Positions 18,839-27,846 are shown, counted from the first letter of the stretch. The stretch: 29,094 nt of DNA from a virus (IMGVR_UViG_2778261543_000004:1-29094); one strand, 5' to 3'. The notes: a model not told the origin generated them from the letters alone. Made by a program: numbers and translations.

Positions 18839-19446
18839 CAGGACAACCTCGCAATGGTAAACTCGTCAACCGGTGGCTGTGGTTCCTGTGATTCATTCTG
18901 GCTATGCGAGCCAGCACTAAGAATCACGCGATTGTACATATTGAGGGCAAACGTACCGAGGTCTGCATTCCCAGTCAGCGCCATGTTAATAGCTGCCGCA
19001 AGACGCCAGGCCAACGCCTCCATAAAAATGGCATCAAACATGTTCACATCTGTAACGCGAGAGACATACTTGAGCCATGCCTGCGGCTGGTCTGTGTAGA
19101 TCAACTTTCCTGTTCCGTTGGTGTCTGCACCAACTTCGTACTGAACGCGCATTGCTGCTGTTGGATTGCGTACACCAGGAAGCATAATTTCAGTAATGCG
19201 CAGACAATCGGACGGGTACTGGTACGCATATTCCCAGTCAGGCGGTGGATTGCTCGTATCTGCAAGCGCCACGCGTTTGGTAGCAAAGTTCCAGTCAAAA
19301 TCAGAAAGAACAGCATCACGGCAGGCCTCAAAGTGCAGCGAACATTCCCCCGCTTCCTTGCTGGCTTCCTTCAGGCTGTTAATGCTGCGGCTGTTGCCAA
19401 TATTGGACAGCGCACGATTACAGATCTCTACTACAGAGGCCATCAC
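18838..19446 (-). CDS. Tail tubular protein A-like (adaptor/gatekeeper)
   Basis: 202 aa, size and position equivalent to T7 gp11, immediately upstream of the gp12-like gene. Confidence 0.55.
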   Translation of the reverse strand: MMASVVEICNRALSNIGNSRSINSLKEASKEAGECSLHFEACRDAVLSDFDWNFATKRVALADTSNPPPDWEYAYQYPSDCLRITEIMLPGVRNPTAAMRVQYEVGADTNGTGKLIYTDQPQAWLKYVSRVTDVNMFDAIFMEALAWRLAAAINMALTGNADLGTFALNMYNRVILSAGSHSQNESQEPQPPVDEFTIARLS

Positions 19447-19772
19447 TCACCTCCGTTACCGTACAGAGTTTCAGCCGCTGATTTTTCTACATCCCTGGAA
19501 ACAGGAGCGATCGCCATATCAGTGATCTGCAGATCGGCGCTGCGATTAACACCATCGTCAGTTTCTCTGGCAGACAGGCCTCGAATAACAGCCTTTGCAG
19601 TTATCATCACTTCTGTTCCGACGCCCTGAGGTTGCGCCTTCAGCTTATTCAATGTGTCGTTATTAAGAGTGATGCACAGCCCCCACGGGTATTCATCGCG
19701 AGTTCTGGTTTCTCCGCTCTCATCCTGGTAGCTGTCAGTGCCGGTTTTGAGGTTTACGAGTTCCATATACAC
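19443..19772 (-). CDS. Hypothetical virion protein
   Basis: 109-aa ORF in the structural operon between capsid and tail tubular genes. Confidence 0.5.
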   Translation of the reverse strand: MYMELVNLKTGTDSYQDESGETRTRDEYPWGLCITLNNDTLNKLKAQPQGVGTEVMITAKAVIRGLSARETDDGVNRSADLQITDMAIAPVSRDVEKSAAETLYGNGGE

Positions 19773-19816
19773 TCCTGCAATAAAGGGGCCGAAGCCCCTT
19801 GTCTGATTCGCGAGGC

Positions 19817-20152
19817 TTACACGCCCAGTTCTTTACGCTTATCTGCGATCTTCTCGCGGAGCGTTTCGGCTTTGGCGTTATGGTGTGGCTTCTCGTTAAA
19901 GAGCAATTCGTACTCTTCACGGAGCTTATCCAGTTCACCATCATCTGACACATCGTTGATGATTTTGGTGCTGGTTGCTGCCATAGTCACCTTTCCTGCT
20001 ACCTTTGCTTTTGCCTGTCTGGCTGCATCGTTAACAGGTTCCAGTGCGCTACCAGGCTCACCTTCGTATTCGATTTCTGCCCCCTCCGGCCACAGTGTGT
20101 TATGGATATGAGAGAGGCGCAGAACGCGGTATCTTGGTTTCTCACCTGACAT
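19817..20152 (-). CDS. Hypothetical virion protein
   Basis: Likely start at ATG 20152 (MSGEKPRYRV...) with GGTGA RBS; the upstream codons of the listed ORF begin with GTG. Confidence 0.5.
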   Translation of the reverse strand: MSGEKPRYRVLRLSHIHNTLWPEGAEIEYEGEPGSALEPVNDAARQAKAKVAGKVTMAATSTKIINDVSDDGELDKLREEYELLFNEKPHHNAKAETLREKIADKRKELGV

Positions 20153-20162
20153 CGAAATCACC

Positions 20163-20600
20163 TTAACCAGTTACTTTTGAGCGGATCGGGTACGGTGTAT
20201 TGGCATCAACATCCAGACTAATACCCGCAGTGAATTTGCCGGCCGTTAGTGGGCCAGTTGCGACGGAGTAGTTAACACGCAGATATCGCTGAACACCGGC
20301 AGGCACCTTTGCAGAAACAACTCGTTTACCTGCTGTCAGGGCGGTCTTTGCCAGTGCACCACTATCATAAATAGTGGTCCATGAGCTGTTATTCTCACTC
20401 GTCTGCAACTGGATGTTTACAGTTGCCTCACCACTTGCCGTGGCGGCTTCGTTAACCAGCACCCAAAACTCAAGCGGGTAACCCACGCCGATATCACGAC
20501 GTTTTCCGTCAATTGGACCGAGATCGATTACGTCAGTAGAAGCCGCGGTATTCGTAACCGCCTGAGCTTCGGAGAACATCAACAGTTTGTCGGTGATCAT
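20163..20600 (-). CDS. Putative capsid decoration / minor capsid protein
   Basis: 145 aa, immediately downstream of the major capsid gene; beta-rich composition. Confidence 0.5.
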   Translation of the reverse strand: MITDKLLMFSEAQAVTNTAASTDVIDLGPIDGKRRDIGVGYPLEFWVLVNEAATASGEATVNIQLQTSENNSSWTTIYDSGALAKTALTAGKRVVSAKVPAGVQRYLRVNYSVATGPLTAGKFTAGISLDVDANTPYPIRSKVTG

Positions 20601-20651
20601 CTTCTTTCTCCATTAGTGGGTCTGTTACGACCCACAGGTTAATAACAGGCG

Positions 20652-21638
20652 TTACACCACGCGGGCTTCTGTTTCCAGAAGCGCATCAGTTTCACGGATT
20701 GGTACACCACGGAATGAAGTCCACCACTCGCCTTCAGTCTCTTTTACGCTGATAGCCAGAGATGTTTTCTCCAGAGACTGCAGATCAAGAGCCTGGCCTA
20801 CAGTGCGGTTCATGTAGAACACCGGGCGGCCCATGCCACGGTTTGGAATGCGATGTAGTGCTTTAACCATCAACTTCGCAATATTTGCGGCAGAGGAAGG
20901 TTCTGAAAGATTGCTGACATCGATGTTTGCAATGCGAACAACATAACGCCAGTCACGCAGAGCAAGTCCGTTGTCCCATTTGTAATGGGTGCGATAGCCT
21001 TCGTACTTGCCGCCATTAGCATCTTCCAGTGTCACCTGGCCTTTATCTTCCATCTGGATGCCAGCCTTCTGCCCTTTCGGGAAGATGCCATGCACGGTGT
21101 TTTCGCCCCACACCACTAACCAGATTGAGGTGTTATCTGTACCCGTGCCACCAGCATCAATGATGTTCTGAGCATTACCCGCAGACAGGCTGGAATAGCG
21201 GGAGGACAGTCCCATAAACTGCTGAGGGTTAACGCTGGAATCACCATAAAACAGCGTCTGCGCCATCTGCTGATTCATCGCTTCAATAAATGCGCGGTCT
21301 TCAGACAGGCGGAATTCAGCGGTATTGCCGTTCAGATCAGCCAGTGATTTATCGACTTCAGCATAGGTTTCCAGCATGCCAACGGAATCGGTTACCTGCA
21401 CTGTGGTTGATTTGCTTGGCTGTACGCCATAGTTCAGCAAACGCCAGGTAGCTGAAGGTAAACCAGAACGAATGGTGGTTCGGTGTCCGGTAGGAAGGTT
21501 CCCTTCGACAAAAGGCATATCCTGAAGGATCGGGTTAGTTTGACCGAGAAGCTCGATAATCTTATCGACTTTCCCGTTTGGATCGACGCGCTTACCCCAG
21601 TCAGCCAGCGTTAGCGCAGTTAAGCCTTTAACAGCCAT
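20652..21638 (-). CDS. Major capsid protein
   Basis: About 328 aa from ATG 21638 (GAGG RBS 8 nt upstream; alternative ATG at 21644); downstream of scaffold and portal; size as T7/epsilon15-type major capsid. Confidence 0.75.
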   Translation of the reverse strand: MAVKGLTALTLADWGKRVDPNGKVDKIIELLGQTNPILQDMPFVEGNLPTGHRTTIRSGLPSATWRLLNYGVQPSKSTTVQVTDSVGMLETYAEVDKSLADLNGNTAEFRLSEDRAFIEAMNQQMAQTLFYGDSSVNPQQFMGLSSRYSSLSAGNAQNIIDAGGTGTDNTSIWLVVWGENTVHGIFPKGQKAGIQMEDKGQVTLEDANGGKYEGYRTHYKWDNGLALRDWRYVVRIANIDVSNLSEPSSAANIAKLMVKALHRIPNRGMGRPVFYMNRTVGQALDLQSLEKTSLAISVKETEGEWWTSFRGVPIRETDALLETEARVV

Positions 21639-21652
21639 TGTCATTTCCTCTC

Positions 21653-22354
21653 TTATTTGCCATAGAGCACTTCGGCCGCACTACGCTGGCCTTCATTACC
21701 ACCGGTGACCATGCCATCTTCAGACATCGCCTTTCCGATTTTCACGAACGTTTTGACCAGATCAGGGTGATTACCCAGCCCGGTGGTGTTCAGATATTCT
21801 TTGAGTTCAGGTGTCCCGAACTGGTCAAGCGCACGCTGTGCGGCGCTAAGGTTAGAAATCAACTTGTCGCCACCGATTTCTTTGTCAGCTTTTACATCCG
21901 CAGCCCACTGCTCGGTTGTTTTCTGCCAGGCTTCTGCCTGGCGCTGCTGAACACCTGCCAGAATCTTCGGATAAGCATCAACCAGCTTTTGCGCTTGCTC
22001 GTTGGTCAGGTTAAGTTCTCGCGCCACCGGCTCGAATTCCTTCAACGCTTCTGTATCCAGCTCTACGCCTTCGGCAGCCTGAAACTCGTACTTCTCAGGC
22101 GCACCCTCTGGTTTATCGCCGTCCTTTTTTTCATCCTGCTTATCGTTTTCAGGCTTTTTGTCATCAGCAGGTTTATCGCCATCAGCAACAGGTTGTGGCT
22201 TATCACCTTCCTGTTGTGATGGATCACCAACTGGAGCAGGGTTATCACCTGCAGGCGCTGACGGTTCTGACGCAGCCGGAGCTGCTCCACCATCGACTGG
22301 TTGCTCATTGCAAAGACGGCTATACAGCAAACGCTCAAACAAATTCATGATCAC
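21653..22354 (-). CDS. Scaffolding protein
   Basis: 233 aa, acidic, Pro/Ala/Asp/Lys-rich low-complexity N-terminal half and helical C-terminus; between portal and capsid. Confidence 0.6.
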   Translation of the reverse strand: MIMNLFERLLYSRLCNEQPVDGGAAPAASEPSAPAGDNPAPVGDPSQQEGDKPQPVADGDKPADDKKPENDKQDEKKDGDKPEGAPEKYEFQAAEGVELDTEALKEFEPVARELNLTNEQAQKLVDAYPKILAGVQQRQAEAWQKTTEQWAADVKADKEIGGDKLISNLSAAQRALDQFGTPELKEYLNTTGLGNHPDLVKTFVKIGKAMSEDGMVTGGNEGQRSAAEVLYGK

Positions 22355-22647
22355 TCCTGTTCACTGGCCTCTTTGGCCATCTTCAAATACTGTTCAGGGC
22401 AATGCGCCATAACGCGCTGAAACAGTTCCAGCGCCAGATTGCGTTGCCCCTCATTAAATGCCATTGCCATAGCGTCCATCGGTGAGATAGCGGAAAACAC
22501 ACGGCCTTTCTCCAGCACCGACCAGACAACGCGACGCCCCTGTTCACTGCTCATGACAAAGCGAATGTCATCAATTTCACGCTGTGCCATGTCACGTTGC
22601 TTACGGGCGTTTTCTTCTTTCAGTTGATCGTCTTCGTAATCTGTCAT
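22351..22647 (-). CDS. Hypothetical small protein
   Basis: 98 aa, start overlaps the portal stop and stop overlaps the scaffold start (ATGA at both ends). Confidence 0.55.
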   Translation of the reverse strand: MTDYEDDQLKEENARKQRDMAQREIDDIRFVMSSEQGRRVVWSVLEKGRVFSAISPMDAMAMAFNEGQRNLALELFQRVMAHCPEQYLKMAKEASEQE

Positions 22648-24323
22648 TGTGATTGCCCACCCTGACCACTAACTGCATTCGCCATAGCTGACAAAACACT
22701 CGGATCCGAAGTTTTAGCTTCGCTTAGCGTCTTGGCACCCTGTGCCGCCGCCATCCCCATCGCCATCATTTGTTGCTGCTGTTGCTGCTGTGCCCGTTGC
22801 TGGCGAGCATGCTCAACCTGTTCCTGAGGAACAATGACGGTTGGAGACACTCCGGACATATCAGCGAATGCATCGATCGCCTGATCAACGTTGAGTTTGT
22901 CGAGAGCTTCTGGTTTCGCTTGCGCAAGTTGACCAATGAAGTTAACCGTGGACGCCAGACTGGACAGGCCGATAGACTTCTGCGCCTGAGCCATGACGGA
23001 AATGTATTCGACCTTCAGGGGCATGCCTTCCATCGCGTCAGGCGGTGGCGGCAGCATGTTTTTACGCACCATCATCGAGAAAGCGCGGTCAATGAGAGGA
23101 TTAAGACATTCGTCGTTCAGACGTTCCAGAACCGGCCCCAACATCAGAAGTTTTTCTTCTTTCATTTCGATCACCGCTTCAACAGGCATCGAGCGGGTAT
23201 TGATGTTCTGCAACATCATGAACAGATCGACAAAGTAGGCGCTGTTAATGATTTGACGAGTGTCCTGAATGTCTGCCACCAAATCTGCTGTACTGGGGTT
23301 AACCAGATAAGCAGGCCTGAAACCATCCTGACCAGTAATCTGATCGATATACGTGATGTCGCCAGGAAGAAGGGAGGCACGCTGATTCTTGAGGGAAGTC
23401 GGAGCAACCATCGGCGGATTGGTGGCTTTATCAATCAACTGCGACTTGCGCTTCTGGAGAAGCTGCAATGCCTTAACAGGTCCAAGCGCCAGCATACCCG
23501 GGCATGATGATCCATAAACATCTTCGCCGTTAACTTCCCAGCGCGGAGCCATAATTGGAAACTCATCGAATCCGGACTCACGCAACAACTTGTCGTTATC
23601 GCCACCAACCTCGTAATAAACCGATTTGAATGGCTTGTTCTTGCTATCCAGCTTCGATGTATCGCGGTCAATGTTCGGGTAAACCGAATGCATCACGTCA
23701 ATCCACTTCTCGTAGGTGCCGCTTTCCCACATGCTTTTTACGGATTCGCTGACGTTATTTAGCCCGAACTCCTGAACAAGCTGACGAACAGTCATAGAGA
23801 ACTTGCGAAAACAGGTGTCCACACTGCCACGAGGTGAGTTAGCCAGGTAGTAACTGCCTATCGGGAATGGCATTGTGCGAATGATGTCCTCGTCATCCTC
23901 CAGCACCGCCATTGCACCAGTGCTGTATGTGCCGAGGCTTCCGTATAACTGCGGAAGAGACTGGTAGAGATTCGACTTATTGAACATATCGTTCATGCGG
24001 TTCTGCACCGCCTCGAGCCACAACTTAACAGGACCATAATCCATCATTTCAGGATCTGGCGTAGCCAGGCGAAACCACGGACGCGCAGGGCTTGTGATGC
24101 CTGACATCATGCCGCTGGCGAGAGTGCGCGCCGCCATAGTCCCGGTCGAATCAATAATGCGTGTATTGCGTCGATCGTTACGGTTGACCTCAGAAGTCAG
24201 AAAGCGGGAACCACGCGGGTTGATGTAATCACTCAACTCGCGCCAGTGCGGCTCGAACGACTGACGCTCGCTTTCAAGTTGTGCGAACTGTTTGTTCAAT
24301 CGCTCTTTAGTTGTTTCCGCCAT
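22644..24323 (-). CDS. Portal (head-to-tail connector) protein
   Basis: 559 aa with poly-Gln/Ala-rich C-terminal tail; GGAG RBS; between terminase and scaffold/capsid, as T7 gp8 / epsilon15 portal. Confidence 0.75.
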   Translation of the reverse strand: MAETTKERLNKQFAQLESERQSFEPHWRELSDYINPRGSRFLTSEVNRNDRRNTRIIDSTGTMAARTLASGMMSGITSPARPWFRLATPDPEMMDYGPVKLWLEAVQNRMNDMFNKSNLYQSLPQLYGSLGTYSTGAMAVLEDDEDIIRTMPFPIGSYYLANSPRGSVDTCFRKFSMTVRQLVQEFGLNNVSESVKSMWESGTYEKWIDVMHSVYPNIDRDTSKLDSKNKPFKSVYYEVGGDNDKLLRESGFDEFPIMAPRWEVNGEDVYGSSCPGMLALGPVKALQLLQKRKSQLIDKATNPPMVAPTSLKNQRASLLPGDITYIDQITGQDGFRPAYLVNPSTADLVADIQDTRQIINSAYFVDLFMMLQNINTRSMPVEAVIEMKEEKLLMLGPVLERLNDECLNPLIDRAFSMMVRKNMLPPPPDAMEGMPLKVEYISVMAQAQKSIGLSSLASTVNFIGQLAQAKPEALDKLNVDQAIDAFADMSGVSPTVIVPQEQVEHARQQRAQQQQQQQMMAMGMAAAQGAKTLSEAKTSDPSVLSAMANAVSGQGGQSQ

Positions 24324-24337
24324 TTCAATGACTCCGG

Positions 24338-24544
24338 TTACTGACCAAGCAGCGTTTTACCGCTGGTATTAGCGGTTGATGTGTCGCCCTGAGAACCGGT
24401 AAGCAGCGTAGAACTACGACCAGCAGCAGCGCGACGGCGACGTGTTTCTTCGTCGCGGGCATCAACAACGGCGGCATCCTGCTCCTGTGGTGCTGCCTGA
24501 ACTTCTGGTGTTGCAGGCACTGATGGTGAGCTACCCATGCACAT
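24338..24544 (-). CDS. Small hypothetical protein upstream of portal
   Basis: 68-aa ORF with good RBS (GGAGTcattgatATG), Ala/Gln/Thr-rich; preferred over the overlapping 79-aa frame. Confidence 0.5.
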   Translation of the reverse strand: MCMGSSPSVPATPEVQAAPQEQDAAVVDARDEETRRRRAAAGRSSTLLTGSQGDTSTANTSGKTLLGQ

Positions 24545-24568
24545 ATCAATGACTCCGTACGCAATTAA

Positions 24569-24647
24569 ATTATTACCAATTTAACCACATATGATTTATT
24601 TATCGTAGAAGGTTGACATTTAACGCGTGAATTATTACCTTTCAGGT
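24569..24647 (-). promoter_or_regulatory. Late-operon upstream element, copy B (TTATTACCA, AACCACATATGA, TATTACCTTTCAGGT)
   Basis: Same bipartite arrangement as copy A, including the exact 15-mer at 24633-24647; on the - strand the proximal copy reads GGTAATAAT (-10-like) about 25 bp before the small ORF and portal. Confidence 0.5.
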
Positions 24648-24970
24648 AACTAAAGAGCTCATTCTGGTTACTAACCTGACTGGCTTGTCGTTAAATTAAA
24701 CAGGTGGAGTGAGCTTTTATTTTGAGCAGTACGGCGTATGGCACATGCGCCGATAGCGGTCTGGATACGTTTAAGGGGCACCATCCCTTGCTCGGGCAAA
24801 CGAACCAGGTAGCCGGAATGTGCAAGTCGAGCGGTTTTATTCCGCGCACGGGGATTCACCATCCCGGCGATTCGGTGTGACGCCTCGGAAGAGACGAGGG
24901 TACAACGATGAGAGCATTTATGGAGCCGCGACAAAGTGTGGCGCCTTAACAGGCTAAGTGCTCTCAGCGT

Positions 24971-25047
24971 TGTGGCATTAGCTCAGTCGGACAGAGCAAC
25001 CGCCTTCTAAGCGGTTGGTCGCAGGTTCGAATCCTGCATGCCACGCC
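24971..25047 (+). tRNA. tRNA-Arg (anticodon UCU, reads AGA)
   Basis: Folded by hand into a cloverleaf: acceptor GTGGCAT/ATGCCAC, D-arm GCTC-AGTCGGACA-GAGC, anticodon arm ACCGC-CTTCTAA-GCGGT, T-arm GCAGG-TTCGAAT-CCTGC, discriminator G and encoded CCA. Confidence 0.9.
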
Positions 25048-25091
25048 AGAATCACGCCTAAGGACCGTGATGCCAGAAGTTCCAGGGGCTT

Positions 25092-25133
25092 GGCGGTGAT
25101 GGTTTCCCTTGAAGGACTATCACCGCCCTTTTT
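25092..25133 (+). terminator. Hairpin plus T-run after the tRNA
   Basis: GGCGGTGAT...ATCACCGCC stem followed by CTTTTT. Confidence 0.55.
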
Positions 25134-25211
25134 ACAGCAGGACGCCATTGCGATGACTTCATGCTGTAAACCCGTACAGCCACGGAAGGCATAACTCATT
25201 GCTTCCAGTTC

Positions 25212-25235
25212 GCCCGGTTCGCCGGGCATTTTTTT
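25212..25235 (+). terminator. GC-rich hairpin plus T7 run immediately upstream of the 25247 RBS
   Basis: GCCCGG-ttcg-CCGGGC followed by ATTTTTTT, ending 1 nt before the AAGGTGAG RBS. Confidence 0.55.
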
Positions 25236-25246
25236 AAGGTGAGATT

Positions 25247-25618
25247 ATGAACGACAAGCAAATCGAAAAAGAAATCGTTGAGAAAGGCAAAACGGCACCG
25301 CGCGTTACGCCAGACCATATCGAAGGCATTATTGCTCAGGAGGCATATTTCACAGCAGAAGATGGTGCCTTTGGCAAAGCCATAAAAGCGAAACATACTG
25401 GCGGAGAGGTAAACTACCAGCCGCACGAATCACTTTCTCTGCTGACGTTCTGCGTCCTGGTGCTGCGCAACGGCTTCACCGTCACCGGAGAGAGCGCCTG
25501 TGCAAGCCCGGAAAACTTTGATGCAGAAATTGGTCGGAAGATTGCCCGGCAGAATGCTGTAAACAAAATCTGGATGCTCGAAGGTTACTTGCTGAAGCAG
25601 AAGCTAAGCGAGCAATAA
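25247..25618 (+). CDS. Small phage protein, possibly of the N4 gp49 / Sf6 gp66 family (moron)
   Basis: 123 aa, RBS AAGGTGAG; opposite strand to the packaging operon; stop followed by GTGACATGTCAC and an intrinsic terminator. Family assignment from memory of a motif (TGESACASPENFDAEIGR), unverified. Confidence 0.65.
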   Translation: MNDKQIEKEIVEKGKTAPRVTPDHIEGIIAQEAYFTAEDGAFGKAIKAKHTGGEVNYQPHESLSLLTFCVLVLRNGFTVTGESACASPENFDAEIGRKIARQNAVNKIWMLEGYLLKQKLSEQ

Positions 25619-25638
25619 CACCGTGACATGTCACAAAC

Positions 25639-25665
25639 AGCCAGCCGATGAGCTGGCTTTGTTTT
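25639..25665 (+). terminator. Rho-independent terminator after the 25247 gene
   Basis: AGCCAGC-cgatga-GCTGGCT followed by TTGTTTT; 4 nt downstream of the 12-bp palindrome at 25623-25634. Confidence 0.75.
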
Positions 25666-25708
25666 ATCCTCATCAGAGGATATCAACGACATTATCCCCA
25701 CCAGCGGA

Positions 25709-27184
25709 TTAAGCATAGGGATCGTAATCTGTGATGGCCTTGCCTTGCTGGTTCTGCTGCCCGGGAATTCGCAGACGCTTCGACACAGGGAACGCAAACG
25801 TCAGCAGTAGCGCATCGCCTTTACCAGGCGAACGCCCAAGCCGCTCCTTGATATCTTCCTTCGGTTCGATAACGATTTTACCGTCCACTCGAACTTTGTA
25901 CTCTGCCGCCGACAGATCGTCCGCTGTTTCCTGGTCATCCAGCATCCCGCCCAGCCTCAGCCATGTCTTGCATGAGTTGAACATCTCCCCACGCTTGTTG
26001 AGCATCTGCTGGTCAGTAGACGCGCCACCGAACGGAACAAGTTGCCATGTGCGCCCCCAACCGTCACCGATTGACTTCAGACCGGTACCGTAACCAAAGT
26101 CGATGAACACTGCGTCAGCCTGATACAGGTCTTCAAAGTCAGCGATACGCTTCGCCATAATCAGATCGTCGGTAGTCTTGTTGCCAGTCCACAGCACCTT
26201 ACTGTGTAGCCCCTGCCGCAGGTATATCACCGCGTCATCAACGCCTGAATATGCCGGGTCAACACCGATTATCACCGGAGCATGCGCCACCTGCGCAGCG
26301 GTTACCACCCGTTTCATTGCCTCATCAGTAAGACCGGTAGGGATAAACTGCAATTCAGATGCATCAGGGAATATGCCGCGCACACGGATTTTAACGAAGT
26401 CGCTGTCTTCCCCGTAGTCATCAACCCATTTCTGCAACTGCTGTTTGTTAGTGCCTTCCACCGTCCGGCTGTCAATCTGTGCAGTTTTCCAGCGGTGTTT
26501 ATATTTGCGGAAACATTCGCGGAAACGCCCGGTGTTACGTGTCGGATTTCCGAACGCCACCCAGATAATCTCAGTGTCTTCGTCCGTAAGCGCACCCTCA
26601 GCAACTTCCCACACCAGATCCGCAATGTTCGACGCTTCATCGAATACCACGATGATGCGTTTGCGCTCGTTGTGTAGTCCGGCGAATGCCTCAGTGTTGT
26701 GCTCAGACCAGGGGATTGCGTCAGCTCGCCACCGCTTGTCGTGTCCAGGATCATTGCTGTACATCGCGGTAGCGGTACAGGTAAACCAGTCTTTCGTGAT
26801 AGCAAGGTTCGACCACTTGATAATTTCCGGCCAGGTCTTCGTTCGTAGCTGGTTGTCGGTGTTGGCGGTCACCACGACCTTACAATCCTCGCAAGTGGAC
26901 ATGCCCCAGTTGATCAACATTGAGATGAATGCTGATTTACCAATACCGTGACCAGAAGCGCGTGCCAGCATAAGCGGCTGATAGCGCGTCTCCGGATTCT
27001 GCAGGTGATCACGTATCTCTCGGAACGCATCAGCCTGCCACTGACGTGGGCCGGTGGCATGTGCCAGTTCAGTCCCCTCTTCCCCCCACGGGAACGCATA
27101 GAGGGCATAGCCAAGCGGATCGTGAGTGAACCCTGCAATATCCTCGATCAACTGCTCTTCAGGAGATAACGCTGTATCTGTCAC
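25709..27184 (-). CDS. Terminase large subunit
   Basis: 491 aa with N-terminal ATPase features (Walker A-like SGHGIGKS, Walker B-like IIVVFDEAS) and C-terminal nuclease-like region (IIGVDPAYSG...); start overlaps the terS stop. Confidence 0.85.
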   Translation of the reverse strand: MTDTALSPEEQLIEDIAGFTHDPLGYALYAFPWGEEGTELAHATGPRQWQADAFREIRDHLQNPETRYQPLMLARASGHGIGKSAFISMLINWGMSTCEDCKVVVTANTDNQLRTKTWPEIIKWSNLAITKDWFTCTATAMYSNDPGHDKRWRADAIPWSEHNTEAFAGLHNERKRIIVVFDEASNIADLVWEVAEGALTDEDTEIIWVAFGNPTRNTGRFRECFRKYKHRWKTAQIDSRTVEGTNKQQLQKWVDDYGEDSDFVKIRVRGIFPDASELQFIPTGLTDEAMKRVVTAAQVAHAPVIIGVDPAYSGVDDAVIYLRQGLHSKVLWTGNKTTDDLIMAKRIADFEDLYQADAVFIDFGYGTGLKSIGDGWGRTWQLVPFGGASTDQQMLNKRGEMFNSCKTWLRLGGMLDDQETADDLSAAEYKVRVDGKIVIEPKEDIKERLGRSPGKGDALLLTFAFPVSKRLRIPGQQNQQGKAITDYDPYA

Positions 27185-27777
27185 TGATTACCATCCTGAC
27201 GTTCTTTGAGTCGCTTCCTGGCTGCCGCTATGCGATCAGCAATTGTCACATTCACATTAACATCCAGGCGTTCTTTGAATGCGTTGACGTCGACGTGCTT
27301 ACCAATCAGTTCGAGGTTCTTCACCTTGTCAGGCCATTTAATTTTTTTGAGGATTGTCTCTATCGAATCCTCGTTCATGTTCATGATGGTCGATGACAGA
27401 TCAAAGCCACTAAGCGTAGTGCGCCAGATTTTCGGCCACTCACTGATTGGTTTAAGGCTCCCATCGTCGTTGAGGATATCGATCACGTCCATCTGGTCGA
27501 TCTCCACCAGGCGCATGAGAACGTAATCAGCACTGACGCGCATTCGTTTGTTGCGCTCCTCCATCAACTCGGCAATCCGTTTTTGAATGCGTTCATCGCG
27601 CATCATGACACTGGCTTTAACTGCCGCTGTATTTGGGGAGAATCCTGCGTTAATCGCTGCCTGAGTCTGGTTTTCAGGCGTTTTGATGTATGACTGGCAA
27701 TAAGCCTCCTGCATTGCTGTGAGCGGCTTAAATTGCGTTGATTTGCGTTTATAGGTTTTAGGTTCAGCAGGCATCAT
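27181..27777 (-). CDS. Terminase small subunit
   Basis: About 198 aa from ATG 27777/27774 (GGTGG RBS); the first 26 codons of the listed ORF are probably not translated; directly upstream of and overlapping terL. Confidence 0.65.
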   Translation of the reverse strand: MMPAEPKTYKRKSTQFKPLTAMQEAYCQSYIKTPENQTQAAINAGFSPNTAAVKASVMMRDERIQKRIAELMEERNKRMRVSADYVLMRLVEIDQMDVIDILNDDGSLKPISEWPKIWRTTLSGFDLSSTIMNMNEDSIETILKKIKWPDKVKNLELIGKHVDVNAFKERLDVNVNVTIADRIAAARKRLKERQDGNQ

Positions 27778-27786
27778 AACCACCAT

Positions 27787-27813
27787 GGTAATAGTTACCG
27801 TTGTGGTAATAGT
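27787..27813. repeat. Tandem direct repeats GGTAATAGT (x2) just upstream of terS
   Basis: GGTAATAGTTACC at 27787 and GGTAATAGTACCA at 27805, flanked by CCATGG and CCATGC; lie between the terminator and the terS start. Confidence 0.5.
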
Positions 27814-27820
27814 ACCATGC

Positions 27821-27846
27821 AAAATAAAGCCGCCATAGTTGGCGGC
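27821..27846 (-). terminator. Rho-independent terminator upstream of the packaging operon
   Basis: GCCGCCA-acta-TGGCGGC followed on the - strand by TTTATTTTG; about 45 bp before the terS start. Confidence 0.7.

Noticed and set aside
22770-23507. 245-aa + strand ORF opposite the portal gene
   Set aside because: Fully embedded antisense to the portal gene; His/Arg-rich improbable composition; no RBS.
24325-24564. 79-aa ORF overlapping the 68-aa ORF upstream of portal
   Set aside because: Alternative frame with His/Arg-rich improbable composition; the 68-aa frame has the better RBS and composition.
24760-24880. tRNA-like hairpins suggesting a second tRNA
   Set aside because: Arms are only 4 bp, no recognisable D-arm or acceptor stem, and position 37 of the putative anticodon loop is a pyrimidine; not a canonical tRNA.
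24671-24934. 87-aa - strand ORF in the tRNA-upstream region
   Set aside because: No RBS, Arg/His/Cys-rich translation; the region is more likely non-coding.
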